This document shows, piece by piece, positions 8,630 through 18,337 of a stretch of 64,000 bases of DNA. Every line of letters begins with the position of its first letter. Position 1 is the first letter of the stretch. Under the pieces are notes generated by a model. It worked only from the letters and a program-made list of their open reading frames with translations. It was not told where the DNA came from and made no database searches. This DNA is from a candidate division WOR-3 bacterium (lineage in GTDB: Bacteria; Hydrothermota; Hydrothermia; JBDRYB01). A program made the position numbers and the translations under genes. Location of the stretch: positions 32,001-96,000 of the forward strand of contig JBDRYB010000004.1 in the NCBI GenBank assembly GCA_039803205.1, in the 5' to 3' direction.

Positions 8630-10549
8630 ATGGCCAAAGTTATAGTAAAGGATAAGGAAGGGAATATTGTCGGCGAGATCGGGAAGGGAGGAAACCTTCT
8701 GGGATTCAAGGCCCAGGGCCTTCTTTACAGGGCCGATCGTGCCGTATACGACCTTTCGGTTCCCGTTCCCGAAGGGATAACTGAGGTCTATCTCGTTGAT
8801 TTTGATGATCCTGCTGGCAGGGAGGCTTACTGGCACACATCATCCCATATCCTCGCGCAAGCGGTCAAGGAGCTGTTTCCGCAGGCGAAGCTGGCAATAG
8901 GCCCCCCAATAGAGACAGGGTTCTACTATGATTTTGACATAGGCGATGGAACATTCTCCCCCGATGACCTCTCCGCTATAGAAAAGAGGGCTGGCGAGAT
9001 AATAGCCAGGGACCTGGAAATAAAGCGATTTGAGATGGAGAAAAGCGAGGCTACAAGGCTTTTCTCCGACAGGGGCGAAACCTACAAGACCGAATTGCTC
9101 CAAGAGATTCCGGATGAAAAGGTCACGGTTTACGCGCAGGGGGACTTCATTGATCTGTGCCGGGGGCCCCATTTGGCCTCAACGGGCGTGGTAAGCCGCA
9201 TAAAGATCCTCTCGGCATCAGGGGCATACTGGCGCGGGGACGAGAGAGGGCCTCGTCTCCAGAGGATATACGGCGTATCGTTCCCCACAGAGGAAGAGCT
9301 CTCGGATTTTCTGAGGAGGCTTGAGGAGGCGAAGCGGAGGGATCACCGAAAGCTGGGCGTTGAGCTTGATCTCTTCTCTTTCCACGAGGAGGCAGGGCCA
9401 GGGGTCGTCATATGGCACCCAAAGGGCGCCCTGGTCAGGGACATAATTGAGGATTACTGGCGCTCTGTCCACAGGGAAGAGGGATACGAGTTCATAAGGA
9501 GCCCACACCTCTTCCGCTCCAAGCTCTGGGAGACATCCGGCCACCTGGGCTTCTACCGGGAGAACATGTATGTGTTCAACCAGGACGACGAGGACTATGT
9601 TATAAAACCAATGAACTGCCCAGCGCACATCCTGGTTTATAAAACGAGAAAAAGGAGCTACCGCGACCTGCCCATGAGGCTCGCGGAGCTGGGCACTGTT
9701 TACCGGTATGAGCGCTCAGGGGTCCTCCACGGGTTATTCAGGGTTCGCGGGTTCACTCAGGATGACGCGCACATATTTTGCTCTCAGGACCAGTTCATTG
9801 ATGAGGTTAGGGGTGTTATAAGGCTCACCAAGAGAATACTGAGGAAGTTCGGGTTCCAGGACTACAAGATTGACCTTTCCGTCAAGGATCCGAAGAGGCC
9901 CGAGAAATACATGGGGGATGAGGAAGGGTGGGTCTTGGCTGAAAATGGGCTTGCGGAGGCCCTTTCGGCAGAGGGCCTGTCATACGAGGTTCAGGAAGGC
10001 GAATCCGCCTTCTACGGCCCCAAGATAGACATTCAACTCCACGATGCTCTCGGAAGACGGCATCAGTGCACGACAATACAGGTTGACTTCAACATACCAA
10101 CCAGGTTTGATGTCACCTACATAGGCCAGGATGGCCTTGAACACAGGGTAGTGATGATCCACAGGGCGATTCTGGGATCAATAGAGCGATTCTTCGGCAT
10201 CCTCCTAGAACACTATGGCGGAGCATTCCCGCTCTGGCTCGCGCCGGTTCAGGTTGTGGTTCTGCCTGTTGTCTCAGGGGTTAATCCGTATGCGGCAAAG
10301 ATAACCGAGACCCTCAGAGCAAAGGGCCTGCGCGCGGAGTTTGATCTGAGGCCAGAGCGAATCTCCTACAAGATAAGAGAGGCAGAGACCCAGAAGGTTC
10401 CATATATGGCAGTCGTGGGAAAGAGGGAAGCGGAATCCGGGAAGGTTTCGGTAAGAAAACGGGGAAGGGGTGATATGGGACCGATGGCCCTGGAGGAGTT
10501 CATCGGGATGGTTCTGGGTGAGCTCAAAGGGGAGGAGAATGTTTCCTGA
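8630..10549 (+). CDS. thrS: Threonine--tRNA ligase
   Basis: HTSSH, DLCRGPH, RDHRKLG, KPMNCPAH, RVRGFTQDDAH, MIHRAILGSIERF. Confidence 0.98.
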   Translation: MAKVIVKDKEGNIVGEIGKGGNLLGFKAQGLLYRADRAVYDLSVPVPEGITEVYLVDFDDPAGREAYWHTSSHILAQAVKELFPQAKLAIGPPIETGFYYDFDIGDGTFSPDDLSAIEKRAGEIIARDLEIKRFEMEKSEATRLFSDRGETYKTELLQEIPDEKVTVYAQGDFIDLCRGPHLASTGVVSRIKILSASGAYWRGDERGPRLQRIYGVSFPTEEELSDFLRRLEEAKRRDHRKLGVELDLFSFHEEAGPGVVIWHPKGALVRDIIEDYWRSVHREEGYEFIRSPHLFRSKLWETSGHLGFYRENMYVFNQDDEDYVIKPMNCPAHILVYKTRKRSYRDLPMRLAELGTVYRYERSGVLHGLFRVRGFTQDDAHIFCSQDQFIDEVRGVIRLTKRILRKFGFQDYKIDLSVKDPKRPEKYMGDEEGWVLAENGLAEALSAEGLSYEVQEGESAFYGPKIDIQLHDALGRRHQCTTIQVDFNIPTRFDVTYIGQDGLEHRVVMIHRAILGSIERFFGILLEHYGGAFPLWLAPVQVVVLPVVSGVNPYAAKITETLRAKGLRAEFDLRPERISYKIREAETQKVPYMAVVGKREAESGKVSVRKRGRGDMGPMALEEFIGMVLGELKGEENVS

Positions 10550-10612
10550 GGGGAAGGGGCTCGTTCCGCGTGAAGATTTGACCTTGATAACCAATCATAA
10601 TACGATTTCGTC

Positions 10613-10942
10613 ATGATCGTCCTGGCACCCCTCGCGCTCTCCGGGCAAAGCCCATGGCCTAACATGCCCTTCTCGCCCCATGAAACCCTCAATGTCTACG
10701 CAAAAGGCTTGGCCATCCTTGACGCGAGAAACCCTCGTTATACCCTGATTGGGGTTCACCGTATAAACAGCGTGCCATTCAGAGGACGGGCGAGTATTTG
10801 CGCTCTAGACATTTACAATCCTAACTACTGTGAGATGAGTTCGGCCTCTGATCCGAGCGATCTCATGAAGGCTGGAGAGTGGAGAGGGGAACAATATCAT
10901 GTTTGGCCTCGCTCTGCTCACCATTCTACAGGAGGCAATTGA
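10613..10942 (+). pseudogene. Short, probably decayed secreted LVIVD-repeat-like gene between thrS and infC
   Basis: Own promoter TTGACC(10578)-N17-TACGAT(10601) 6 nt before ATG; short hydrophobic leader; fragments GLAILDARNP, ALDIYNP, SDPSDLMKAGEW resemble LVIVD repeats. Confidence 0.4.
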
Positions 10943-10986
10943 GTGCTCTCAAGAAACCAACAAACCTTAAAAGGAGTTAAGTATAG

Positions 10987-11526
10987 ATGAGAAGACCGCC
11001 AAGAACGCCAGCAAAGAACATAGGCGCCAAGTATAGGATAAACGAGGAGATAACCTCAAAAGAGGTCGCTGTCGTGGATGAGACGGGAAAGGCCATCGGC
11101 ACGATGAGCATCCGGGAGGCACTTGACCTTGCCTACTCAAAGGAGCTTGACCTCGTTGAGGTTGCCCCAACCGCGACCCCGCCTGTCTGCAGAATAATGG
11201 ACTACGGCAAGTTCATCTACCAGGAGAAGAAGAAGCAGAGGGAATCAAAGGGCCACACATCAGAGGTCAAGGAAATAAGCCTTAGGCCAAACATATCTGA
11301 GCACGACCTCGGGGTAAAGCTCAGGAAGGCAAGGGAGTTTCTCGATGAGGGGCACAAGGTCCGTTTCAGGTTGGTATTCAAGGGAAGAGAGATAGTTCAC
11401 TCCGAGGAATACAAGGAGATCCTTTTCAGGATAGCCGAGGCCTTGGATGATGTGGCAAAGGTGGAGTCACAACCCGTTTTGAACGGAAAGATAATGCTGA
11501 TGCTCGTGAGGCCTGGCAAAAAATGA
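10987..11526 (+). CDS. infC: Translation initiation factor IF-3
   Basis: INEEI, LDLVEVAP..PPVCRIMDYGKF, KEISLRPNI..HD, FKGRE; SD AAGGAG then ATG. Confidence 0.97.
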   Translation: MRRPPRTPAKNIGAKYRINEEITSKEVAVVDETGKAIGTMSIREALDLAYSKELDLVEVAPTATPPVCRIMDYGKFIYQEKKKQRESKGHTSEVKEISLRPNISEHDLGVKLRKAREFLDEGHKVRFRLVFKGREIVHSEEYKEILFRIAEALDDVAKVESQPVLNGKIMLMLVRPGKK

Positions 11527-12395
11527 TCTGGCTCTGGCAGCTATATATCGCGGCCTCCCTACTCCTTATATGGGGCTTTATCGCGGTTATCTGGGCCAGA
11601 GGAGGAGCTGGATCAGGGTCATATGAGTTCATGAGGCTCGCGGTCTACACAGTGCCCGGACTCCTTGCCATAGGCTTCAAGTGGATAGTTGAGCGCAGGG
11701 GCTTCAGAAGGGCATTTCCGGAGCTCGGGGTCTCATGGGGACGCATGAGGTTCTGGCCTTTGATTATTCTCGTTCCAGCGGTAGCCATTACTGTATCCCA
11801 CGGGATCCCGGCGTTATCCGGAATCGCCAGGCCTGACCCCTCGCTTTCCGGGCTTGCGGAGGAAATAGCGAGGGCCGGCCAACCCATCCCTCCTGACATC
11901 TGGGGTTTCTTTTGGGCAAAACTCGGGCTTTCTCTTTCCCTTGGGCTCCTCATCTTTCTGCCTATTGCGGCGCTCGCCGAAATGGGCTTCAGGGCTTATC
12001 CCCTTGAGCTTCTCTCCGAGAGGTTCGGGCCGAGGCTCACCCTTGCCCTTGTCGGAGCTTTCTGGGCAATTGCCCTCCTTCCCTTCCTCTTCCTGAGGAA
12101 CCCATACGGCTCATGGCTTGGGATCCCCGTTTATCTTGGTTTCTCCTGGGGATGGGGGAGCCTTATGGCATGGCTATATACCAAAGCGAGAACGGTTCTC
12201 GTGCCCGCTCTCTGTCTCATCATCCTTGATGTTTTGGACCAATCCCTCTCATACATCCTGCCCGGAAACCCGCTCCTCTCGGGAGCAGAGGGAGTTTTTG
12301 GGGCCGGATTTTTGGTCATAATCGGATGTCTGGTGGTGGCCTTCACGGACAGGATATACATCCCTCCGAAAAAACCCAAGCCTGATAAACCCTGA
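11523..12395 (+). CDS. CPBP/Abi (CAAX protease-like) membrane protein with degenerate catalytic motifs
   Basis: Multi-TM; AEMGFRAY where EExxxR is expected; WLYTKARTV motif; conserved His residues absent. Confidence 0.7.
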   Translation: MIWLWQLYIAASLLLIWGFIAVIWARGGAGSGSYEFMRLAVYTVPGLLAIGFKWIVERRGFRRAFPELGVSWGRMRFWPLIILVPAVAITVSHGIPALSGIARPDPSLSGLAEEIARAGQPIPPDIWGFFWAKLGLSLSLGLLIFLPIAALAEMGFRAYPLELLSERFGPRLTLALVGAFWAIALLPFLFLRNPYGSWLGIPVYLGFSWGWGSLMAWLYTKARTVLVPALCLIILDVLDQSLSYILPGNPLLSGAEGVFGAGFLVIIGCLVVAFTDRIYIPPKKPKPDKP

Positions 12396-12398
12396 GAT

Positions 12399-13823
12399 AT
12401 GCTGGCTCTCACTGCGCTTATCCTCTCATCGTATCCGAAAGCGCTGAGCCTCTTGGACAGGGGAGAGTTCTCTGCGGCCCTATCGGTTATAGACAGCGCT
12501 CTCAGGGATGATCCATCCGATACCCTTCTTCGCGAGCTCAGGGTGAGGGCTCTTCTCGGTCTCGGTAAGACTGACCAAGCGTTCAGGCTCGCGCTCTCGC
12601 TCGGCAAGGAGATCAACACCCAGGATGAATTCAGCAGGCTGTTCTACATTTTCAAATACGCTGGCCACGAGGAGGAAGGGATAAAACTCCTTGTGGAGGG
12701 GAGGAAATCCCTCAGAGATAACAAGGCATTTGCGAGGGAGATATACTCCTACTACATATCAAAGGGCGAGACAGAGAAGGCTTTGCCGGAGCTCTTCTCC
12801 TGCTCGGCTGACCCGAGGCTCCGCTATTGGCTTTCGGATGAGATCAGGAACCTTTCAACAAGAAACCCCAATGCGCTAGAAAGGCTCTCAGACTGGATGA
12901 TTGAAAATCCTCATCCAGAATGGCTTGAGGCGCTCTGTTACGAGCTGGCCCTGAAACAAGGGTTGTGGGAAACAGCGGGACGCTGGGCAGGCGGTGACGA
13001 AAACCTCATGGATGTGGCTGAGAGGGCAATATCCGAAGGAAACATAGCTGAAGCAGAGAGGCTTTTGGCTCAGGTCAAAACAAGGGGAGACAGGTATCAC
13101 GCGCTTAGGGGAGATTGCCTCTCGGCCCGGGGAAGGTATTCCGAGGCTGAGTCCGCTTATTCCGCTATAAACGATAGAACCACGAGGGAAACGAGGCTCT
13201 CCGGGCTTTACCTCGGCGCATACAATCAACCTGAGAGGGTTATTGGGCTTTCTGGAAACGCACCAGAGAAGGCAGAAGCCCTCATGAGAGCGGGGAAGTT
13301 TTCGGAAGCACTCGGTCTCGCATCCGAGATGGAGCCGCCGGACAGGCTCTATTATTCTGGAAAAGCAGGGCTGTTTCTCGGTCAAGACTGGGCCACCGAC
13401 AGCCTGAAGAAGTTCGTAGCGCTTTACTCCCGCGACGAGAGAGCGACATCTGCGCTCGCGTGGCTGGAGATATGCGCCAGCTCAGAGGGTTGGCCCTCTT
13501 ATTTCCAGGCCCTTCACCAGCTTGAGAAGGGGAGCTATGAAGCTGTGCTATCCTCGCAACCAGAGGATACAGCCCTGGCCGGTTATTTCGGGGTTCTCAG
13601 GGCAAGGGCTCTTGAGGGTTCTGGCAGAATAGAGGACGCGCTTGCCCTTTACGCCAAATTAGCTGATGCAGGAGGGCTTCCCGGAGCCGAGGCCGCTTTC
13701 AGGGCCTGGAGGCTTTGCCTCAACCTCAAGCGCGAGAGCGAAGCCAGGGGTTTCATGATGATCCTTGTCAGGAAATATCCCAGGACGCCTTACGGCATAA
13801 TAGCAAGGGAGTATGTGCCTTGA
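12399..13823 (+). CDS. Tetratricopeptide-repeat protein, probably exported
   Basis: Helical A/L/G repeats (GRYSEAESAY, GRIEDALALY), C-terminal KYPRTPYG; short hydrophobic leader. Confidence 0.75.
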   Translation: MLALTALILSSYPKALSLLDRGEFSAALSVIDSALRDDPSDTLLRELRVRALLGLGKTDQAFRLALSLGKEINTQDEFSRLFYIFKYAGHEEEGIKLLVEGRKSLRDNKAFAREIYSYYISKGETEKALPELFSCSADPRLRYWLSDEIRNLSTRNPNALERLSDWMIENPHPEWLEALCYELALKQGLWETAGRWAGGDENLMDVAERAISEGNIAEAERLLAQVKTRGDRYHALRGDCLSARGRYSEAESAYSAINDRTTRETRLSGLYLGAYNQPERVIGLSGNAPEKAEALMRAGKFSEALGLASEMEPPDRLYYSGKAGLFLGQDWATDSLKKFVALYSRDERATSALAWLEICASSEGWPSYFQALHQLEKGSYEAVLSSQPEDTALAGYFGVLRARALEGSGRIEDALALYAKLADAGGLPGAEAAFRAWRLCLNLKRESEARGFMMILVRKYPRTPYGIIAREYVP

Positions 13824-15220
13824 AGAGGGCCTTTCTCTTCAATCCGCCTACCGGCTTATACATCCGGGGCGAAGATAGGTGCCAGGTCCCCGTTGAGGAC
13901 CTAACCGCGACATCAGCCCGGATGCCCCTTGACCTAGCCTACATCGGAGCTGACCTTGAGAGGACAGGCCTGGATGTTCTCATCAGGGACTACCCTGTTG
14001 AGGGAGGGGATCCCGTAGCTGATGCCCTGGAGTTCCGTCCGGATATCGCTCTCGCCTCAACAACATCTTTTACCCTCAGAAAAGACCTCCAGTGGCTTGA
14101 GCGGCTGAAGGGTCATATCCCCGGCCTTTTGGTTGGGGTCAAGGGCGCGGAGGCAGAAGCAGAGGATAGAAGGCTCCTTGAGGAGTTCCCCTTCCTCGAT
14201 TTCGTGCTCGTGGGAGAATACGAGCTGACTATGGGGAAAATGGTGGCCGAACCCGATTGGCAAAGGGTTCCAGGGGTATCCTTCAGGAAAAACGGGGTGA
14301 TATTCGTCTCTGAGAAGGAACCCATCATAGAAGACCTGGATTTCCTACCGTTTCCAGCGAGGCATCTGATCCGAAATGAGCTCTATGTCCGACCGGACAC
14401 GGGTCAACCCCAGACAACCATACAGACAGGGAGGGGATGCCCTCACAAATGCATATATTGTCTTGCTCCATTGCTCTCTGGAACAAAGCTGAGACTGAGA
14501 AGCCCTGAGAGCCTGGGGGAGGAGATTGCGGAATGCGTGGAGGTTCACGGGATAAGAAACTTCTTCACCCGAGCGGACACATTCACCATGCACAAGAAGT
14601 GGACAATAGATGTTTGTAAGGAGATCCTGAAACGGGACCTAAGGATAAACTTCGCTTTCAATTCAAGGGTTGACACATTTGACAGAGAGCGTGCGGAGTG
14701 GATAAAAAAAGCAGGGGGCTGGCTCGTCGCTTTTGGGGTGGAATCCGGCTCGGAACGCTCCCTGAGGCTCATGGAAAAGGGCCACACCAAGGAGGATGCT
14801 CGCAGGGCTGTAGCTTTGGCAAAAGAGCTGGGTTTCGCCACATACATATTCTTCATAGTTGGGTTTCCGTGGGAAGATTGGAATGATCTGGAGGAGACTT
14901 TGGCTTTTGCTATGGAATTGGATGGAGATTACCTTGAAATGCACATAGCCGTGCCTTTCCCTGGGACGCCCCTATACGAGATGGTTAAGGATAAGGGGCT
15001 TCTGGTTCACCAGGATCTCACTGGTCTGGGCCACGGAACCCCTGCGGCTAGAACGGAACACCTTTCCTTGGATGAGATCAAAACCTGGCGAGAAAGGGCT
15101 TTGAGAAGATACTACACCAGGCCTGGCTACATATGGAGGATGATCCGCGGCGCGAAAAGCCCCCGCGTGGTCGCTAATTACATCAGATACGGGTTCAGGA
15201 GGGTCCTGAGAAGGGGATAG
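13820..15220 (+). CDS. Cobalamin-binding radical SAM protein (class B / HpnJ-like)
   Basis: NPP N-terminus, PLDLAY, GEYE, RGCPHKCIYC (CxxxCxxC), FGVESGS, PFPGTPLY; TTG start overlapping upstream stop. Confidence 0.9.
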   Translation: MKRAFLFNPPTGLYIRGEDRCQVPVEDLTATSARMPLDLAYIGADLERTGLDVLIRDYPVEGGDPVADALEFRPDIALASTTSFTLRKDLQWLERLKGHIPGLLVGVKGAEAEAEDRRLLEEFPFLDFVLVGEYELTMGKMVAEPDWQRVPGVSFRKNGVIFVSEKEPIIEDLDFLPFPARHLIRNELYVRPDTGQPQTTIQTGRGCPHKCIYCLAPLLSGTKLRLRSPESLGEEIAECVEVHGIRNFFTRADTFTMHKKWTIDVCKEILKRDLRINFAFNSRVDTFDRERAEWIKKAGGWLVAFGVESGSERSLRLMEKGHTKEDARRAVALAKELGFATYIFFIVGFPWEDWNDLEETLAFAMELDGDYLEMHIAVPFPGTPLYEMVKDKGLLVHQDLTGLGHGTPAARTEHLSLDEIKTWRERALRRYYTRPGYIWRMIRGAKSPRVVANYIRYGFRRVLRRG

Positions 15221-15271
15221 GTTTCGGTATCAGCCAACTGCCATTTAGCCCCCAGGTTCAAGTCTCCAATT

Positions 15272-17398
15272 CTATCCCTCCAGGGTAATTAGCGCATCAA
15301 CTATCTCAAGGTCGTCCTCGTATAGCATGGCCGGGTTCGCGTCTATCTCCCTTATCTCAGGGAAGTCCATTATGAGCTGGGAAAGCCTTGATATGGTCTC
15401 CGCGAGGTATTCCACATCCTTCGGCTTCTTGCCCCTGTAGCCCTTGATTATCTCGTATGATTTTATCTCCTTTATCATCTCAAGAGCCTCAGCGGGGCTT
15501 ATGGGCGCGGCGCGGAAGGTTATGTCCTTCAGAACCTCCACGAATATCCCTCCCAGACCAAACATGACCAGGGGACCAAACTGGGGATCTTTTGACGCGC
15601 CCATGATGACCTCGGTCGCGCCTGGTCTCGCCATCTTCTGGATGAGGACGCCGTGAATTCTGGCATCAGGCTTGTATGCTCTCGCGTTGTGCATTATCGC
15701 GTCAAAAGCGGCCCGGACGCCGTCCTCGGATGAGATGTTCAGGACGACGCCCTTTGCTTCTGTCTTGTGGAGTATGTCGGGGGAAAGTATTTTCAAAGCC
15801 AACGGGAAACCCATGGCCCTGGCCGCGCCCACGGCCTCGTGCTCGTTATTCACCATCACGCTCTTGACATAAGGGAGGCCGTAGCACTTGAAGACCATTC
15901 CGGCCTCGTATTCCGTCAAAGCGAGGCGGGATTCTGACCTCACTCGGTTGAGGATCTCCCTAACTCCATCGCGGTCAACTTCCCATGGTTCAAACTCGCC
16001 GTTTCTCTGTGCTCTTTCAAGGTATCTGCCCCATTCCCTGAGGGTCCCCATTGAGCTCATGGTGAACTCAGGGTCATCGTAGAACGGTATGCCGTGCTGG
16101 ATGAGCCATTCGCCAGCGGCCTCGCTCCTTTCACCGCCAACATATGCTACAACAACTGGCTTATCCGTTTTCGTCTCCTGTATGACCTCGTATATGCCCT
16201 GGGCTATGTCTAGGGGGTCTGTCTGCGCTGTCTCGCAGTATAGAACCACAACCCCATGGGTCCAAGGGTGAGTTAAGGCGTCCCGAAGAGCACCTGAGTA
16301 GTTCTCTCTGTCGCCCATCCCGGTTATATCAACTGGGTTCCTCGGAGAACCGAACTCCGGCATCCACTTTCGCATGGCATCCTGAAGGTCCTGCGGTGGT
16401 TCCTGCAAAGGAATCCCGTAATACTCGGCCGCATCTGTCCCGAGAACGCCTATCCCTCCTCCATTAGTGATAATAAGAAGGTTATCCCCTCTCATGGGGT
16501 TCAGGTTCGCCAGAGCCTCTGCCCTGTGAAATAGCCCTGGAACCGTGAACGCCTGAAGCACTCCAACTTGTCTGAAGAGGCTCTTGTAGACCTTTGGTGA
16601 ACCAGCGAGGGAGCCAGTGTGGCTCCTGGTTGCTACCTCTCCCCTCTTTGATACCCCTGCCTTAAGGGCAACTATGGGCTTGCTGCACCTCTTGGCCTTT
16701 TCCAAGAACTTCCTTCCATCCTTGAAACCCTCTATATACAAGCATATAACCTTCGTGTTCTCATCCTGATCCAGAGCCTCAACAAAGTCGGCAAAATCAA
16801 GCCCTGCCATGTTTCCGTGGGATATAACATGAGACATGCCTATCTTCTTCAGAACTGTCTGTCCTATTAGCCCAATGAGCAGGGCACCCGACTGAGATAC
16901 GAAGGCTATTTTCCCCGGATAAGGGAGGTGCGGCGAAAAAGAGGCGTTGCATTTTGCTGGGTTTGAGAGGGTTCCTATGATGTTCGGGCCAACGAGCCAC
17001 ATGTTGTATTTATCGCAGATCTCCCGAAGTTTCCTTTCCGCTTCTACATTTCCCACCTCAGCGAATCCCGAAGATATGACCGTGACGCCGCCCATCCCTT
17101 TCTTTCCGCACTGCTCAACCACATCTAGGACGAGCTTCTGTGGCACCGTTATCACGGCAAAGGACACCTCGCCCGGAACATCAAGGATTGAGGGATAGCA
17201 CTTAATGCCAAGTATCTCATCAGCATTGGGGTTTATCGGGTATATCTTTCCCTCAAAACCCCCTTCCTTTAGGCCCTTGACCACCATGTAGCCTATACTG
17301 CCTTCCTTTCTGGAGGCTCCTATTACCGCAACGGCTTTGGGGTTAAAAAGGGTGCTCAGATCGTATTTCTTGCTTTTGGTAAAGGTTTCCTTTTCCAT
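15272..17398 (-). CDS. ADP-forming acetate--CoA ligase, fused alpha/beta subunits
   Basis: VAVIGAS, GPNIIG, SQSG, SHTGSLAG (alpha His), NPVD, ATP-grasp HKTE (beta His), DPQFGPLVMFGLGG, EIDANP. Confidence 0.93.
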   Translation of the reverse strand: MEKETFTKSKKYDLSTLFNPKAVAVIGASRKEGSIGYMVVKGLKEGGFEGKIYPINPNADEILGIKCYPSILDVPGEVSFAVITVPQKLVLDVVEQCGKKGMGGVTVISSGFAEVGNVEAERKLREICDKYNMWLVGPNIIGTLSNPAKCNASFSPHLPYPGKIAFVSQSGALLIGLIGQTVLKKIGMSHVISHGNMAGLDFADFVEALDQDENTKVICLYIEGFKDGRKFLEKAKRCSKPIVALKAGVSKRGEVATRSHTGSLAGSPKVYKSLFRQVGVLQAFTVPGLFHRAEALANLNPMRGDNLLIITNGGGIGVLGTDAAEYYGIPLQEPPQDLQDAMRKWMPEFGSPRNPVDITGMGDRENYSGALRDALTHPWTHGVVVLYCETAQTDPLDIAQGIYEVIQETKTDKPVVVAYVGGERSEAAGEWLIQHGIPFYDDPEFTMSSMGTLREWGRYLERAQRNGEFEPWEVDRDGVREILNRVRSESRLALTEYEAGMVFKCYGLPYVKSVMVNNEHEAVGAARAMGFPLALKILSPDILHKTEAKGVVLNISSEDGVRAAFDAIMHNARAYKPDARIHGVLIQKMARPGATEVIMGASKDPQFGPLVMFGLGGIFVEVLKDITFRAAPISPAEALEMIKEIKSYEIIKGYRGKKPKDVEYLAETISRLSQLIMDFPEIREIDANPAMLYEDDLEIVDALITLEG

Positions 17399-17509
17399 AG
17401 GATATTATATTATAAACCCGGAAGTCGCTCTCGTGCAAGGAATTCCCATGCTGGTGATCCTTATGCGCTGCAATTGGCCTTGCGCAAGAGTTAGGCTAGG
17501 CCTTAAGAT

Positions 17510-18337
17510 ATGTGCATTATGATTCCTGTGATGCTAAATTGGGTTTTGGTTTCGGAGGATACCCTGGCCACGGCTTTTGTCTCAGAAAACCTCGCTTTCA
17601 AGGCAGAGGTTCATCCGGGAGACACAGCCTACACCATAGAGGTTTCTTCGGCACAAGGGAGCTGGAGCATAGGTATCCAGTGGGGGCCGGAAACTGACAT
17701 CCAGCTTGCGGATGACGGTTCTCTGGTGCTCACCCAGGGCAAAAGGATGAGCGTGTATAGGGATGCCAAGCTGTCCTGGAGCACCGATATCGGCAACGCC
17801 CTTCCCCTTGTATTGGGAGAATATGTTCTTTTGCTCTCAAATCAAGGGATCGTGCTCTACTTTACATCGGGCCTTAAGCCGGTAGGGGAATATGAGCTCG
17901 TTCCACCGCTTGACATATCCGAATCAGCAGTTGCCGGAATATGGAACGGGAAGCTCAGGTTATACCGTGATAAAAAGAAGGAATGGGCGCTCCCATACGA
18001 GTATCCGAGGTTCACCGAGATATGCAAAAAGGGGGTAGCGGTCGCGTTTCCGAGAAACCTCGTGTTCTACGATTTCTCAGGGAACAAGCTCTGGGACAAG
18101 GAACTTCCCGTCTCAACATCCGCCCTGCACTGCGGCGGCGGCCTCATATGGATTGCTGGAACCAACCCTGATTCCAGGAAGGCGGAACTCTGGGCATTTT
18201 CTGATGATGGCTCTGAGCGTGCTCACTTCACATACGATAATCCAAAAGAGCCAGCCTTCGTATCCAGGATATTCTGCGACGGCGAAACCCTGAGGGTCTT
18301 CGTCTCAAGGGTCCTCTACACATACAAGACACAGTGA
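17510..18337 (+). CDS. Hypothetical beta-rich (propeller-like) exported protein
   Basis: 275-aa ORF, repeated YxxxGxxxW units (FYDFSGNKLW); stop overlaps next gene's GTG. Confidence 0.6.
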   Translation: MCIMIPVMLNWVLVSEDTLATAFVSENLAFKAEVHPGDTAYTIEVSSAQGSWSIGIQWGPETDIQLADDGSLVLTQGKRMSVYRDAKLSWSTDIGNALPLVLGEYVLLLSNQGIVLYFTSGLKPVGEYELVPPLDISESAVAGIWNGKLRLYRDKKKEWALPYEYPRFTEICKKGVAVAFPRNLVFYDFSGNKLWDKELPVSTSALHCGGGLIWIAGTNPDSRKAELWAFSDDGSERAHFTYDNPKEPAFVSRIFCDGETLRVFVSRVLYTYKTQ

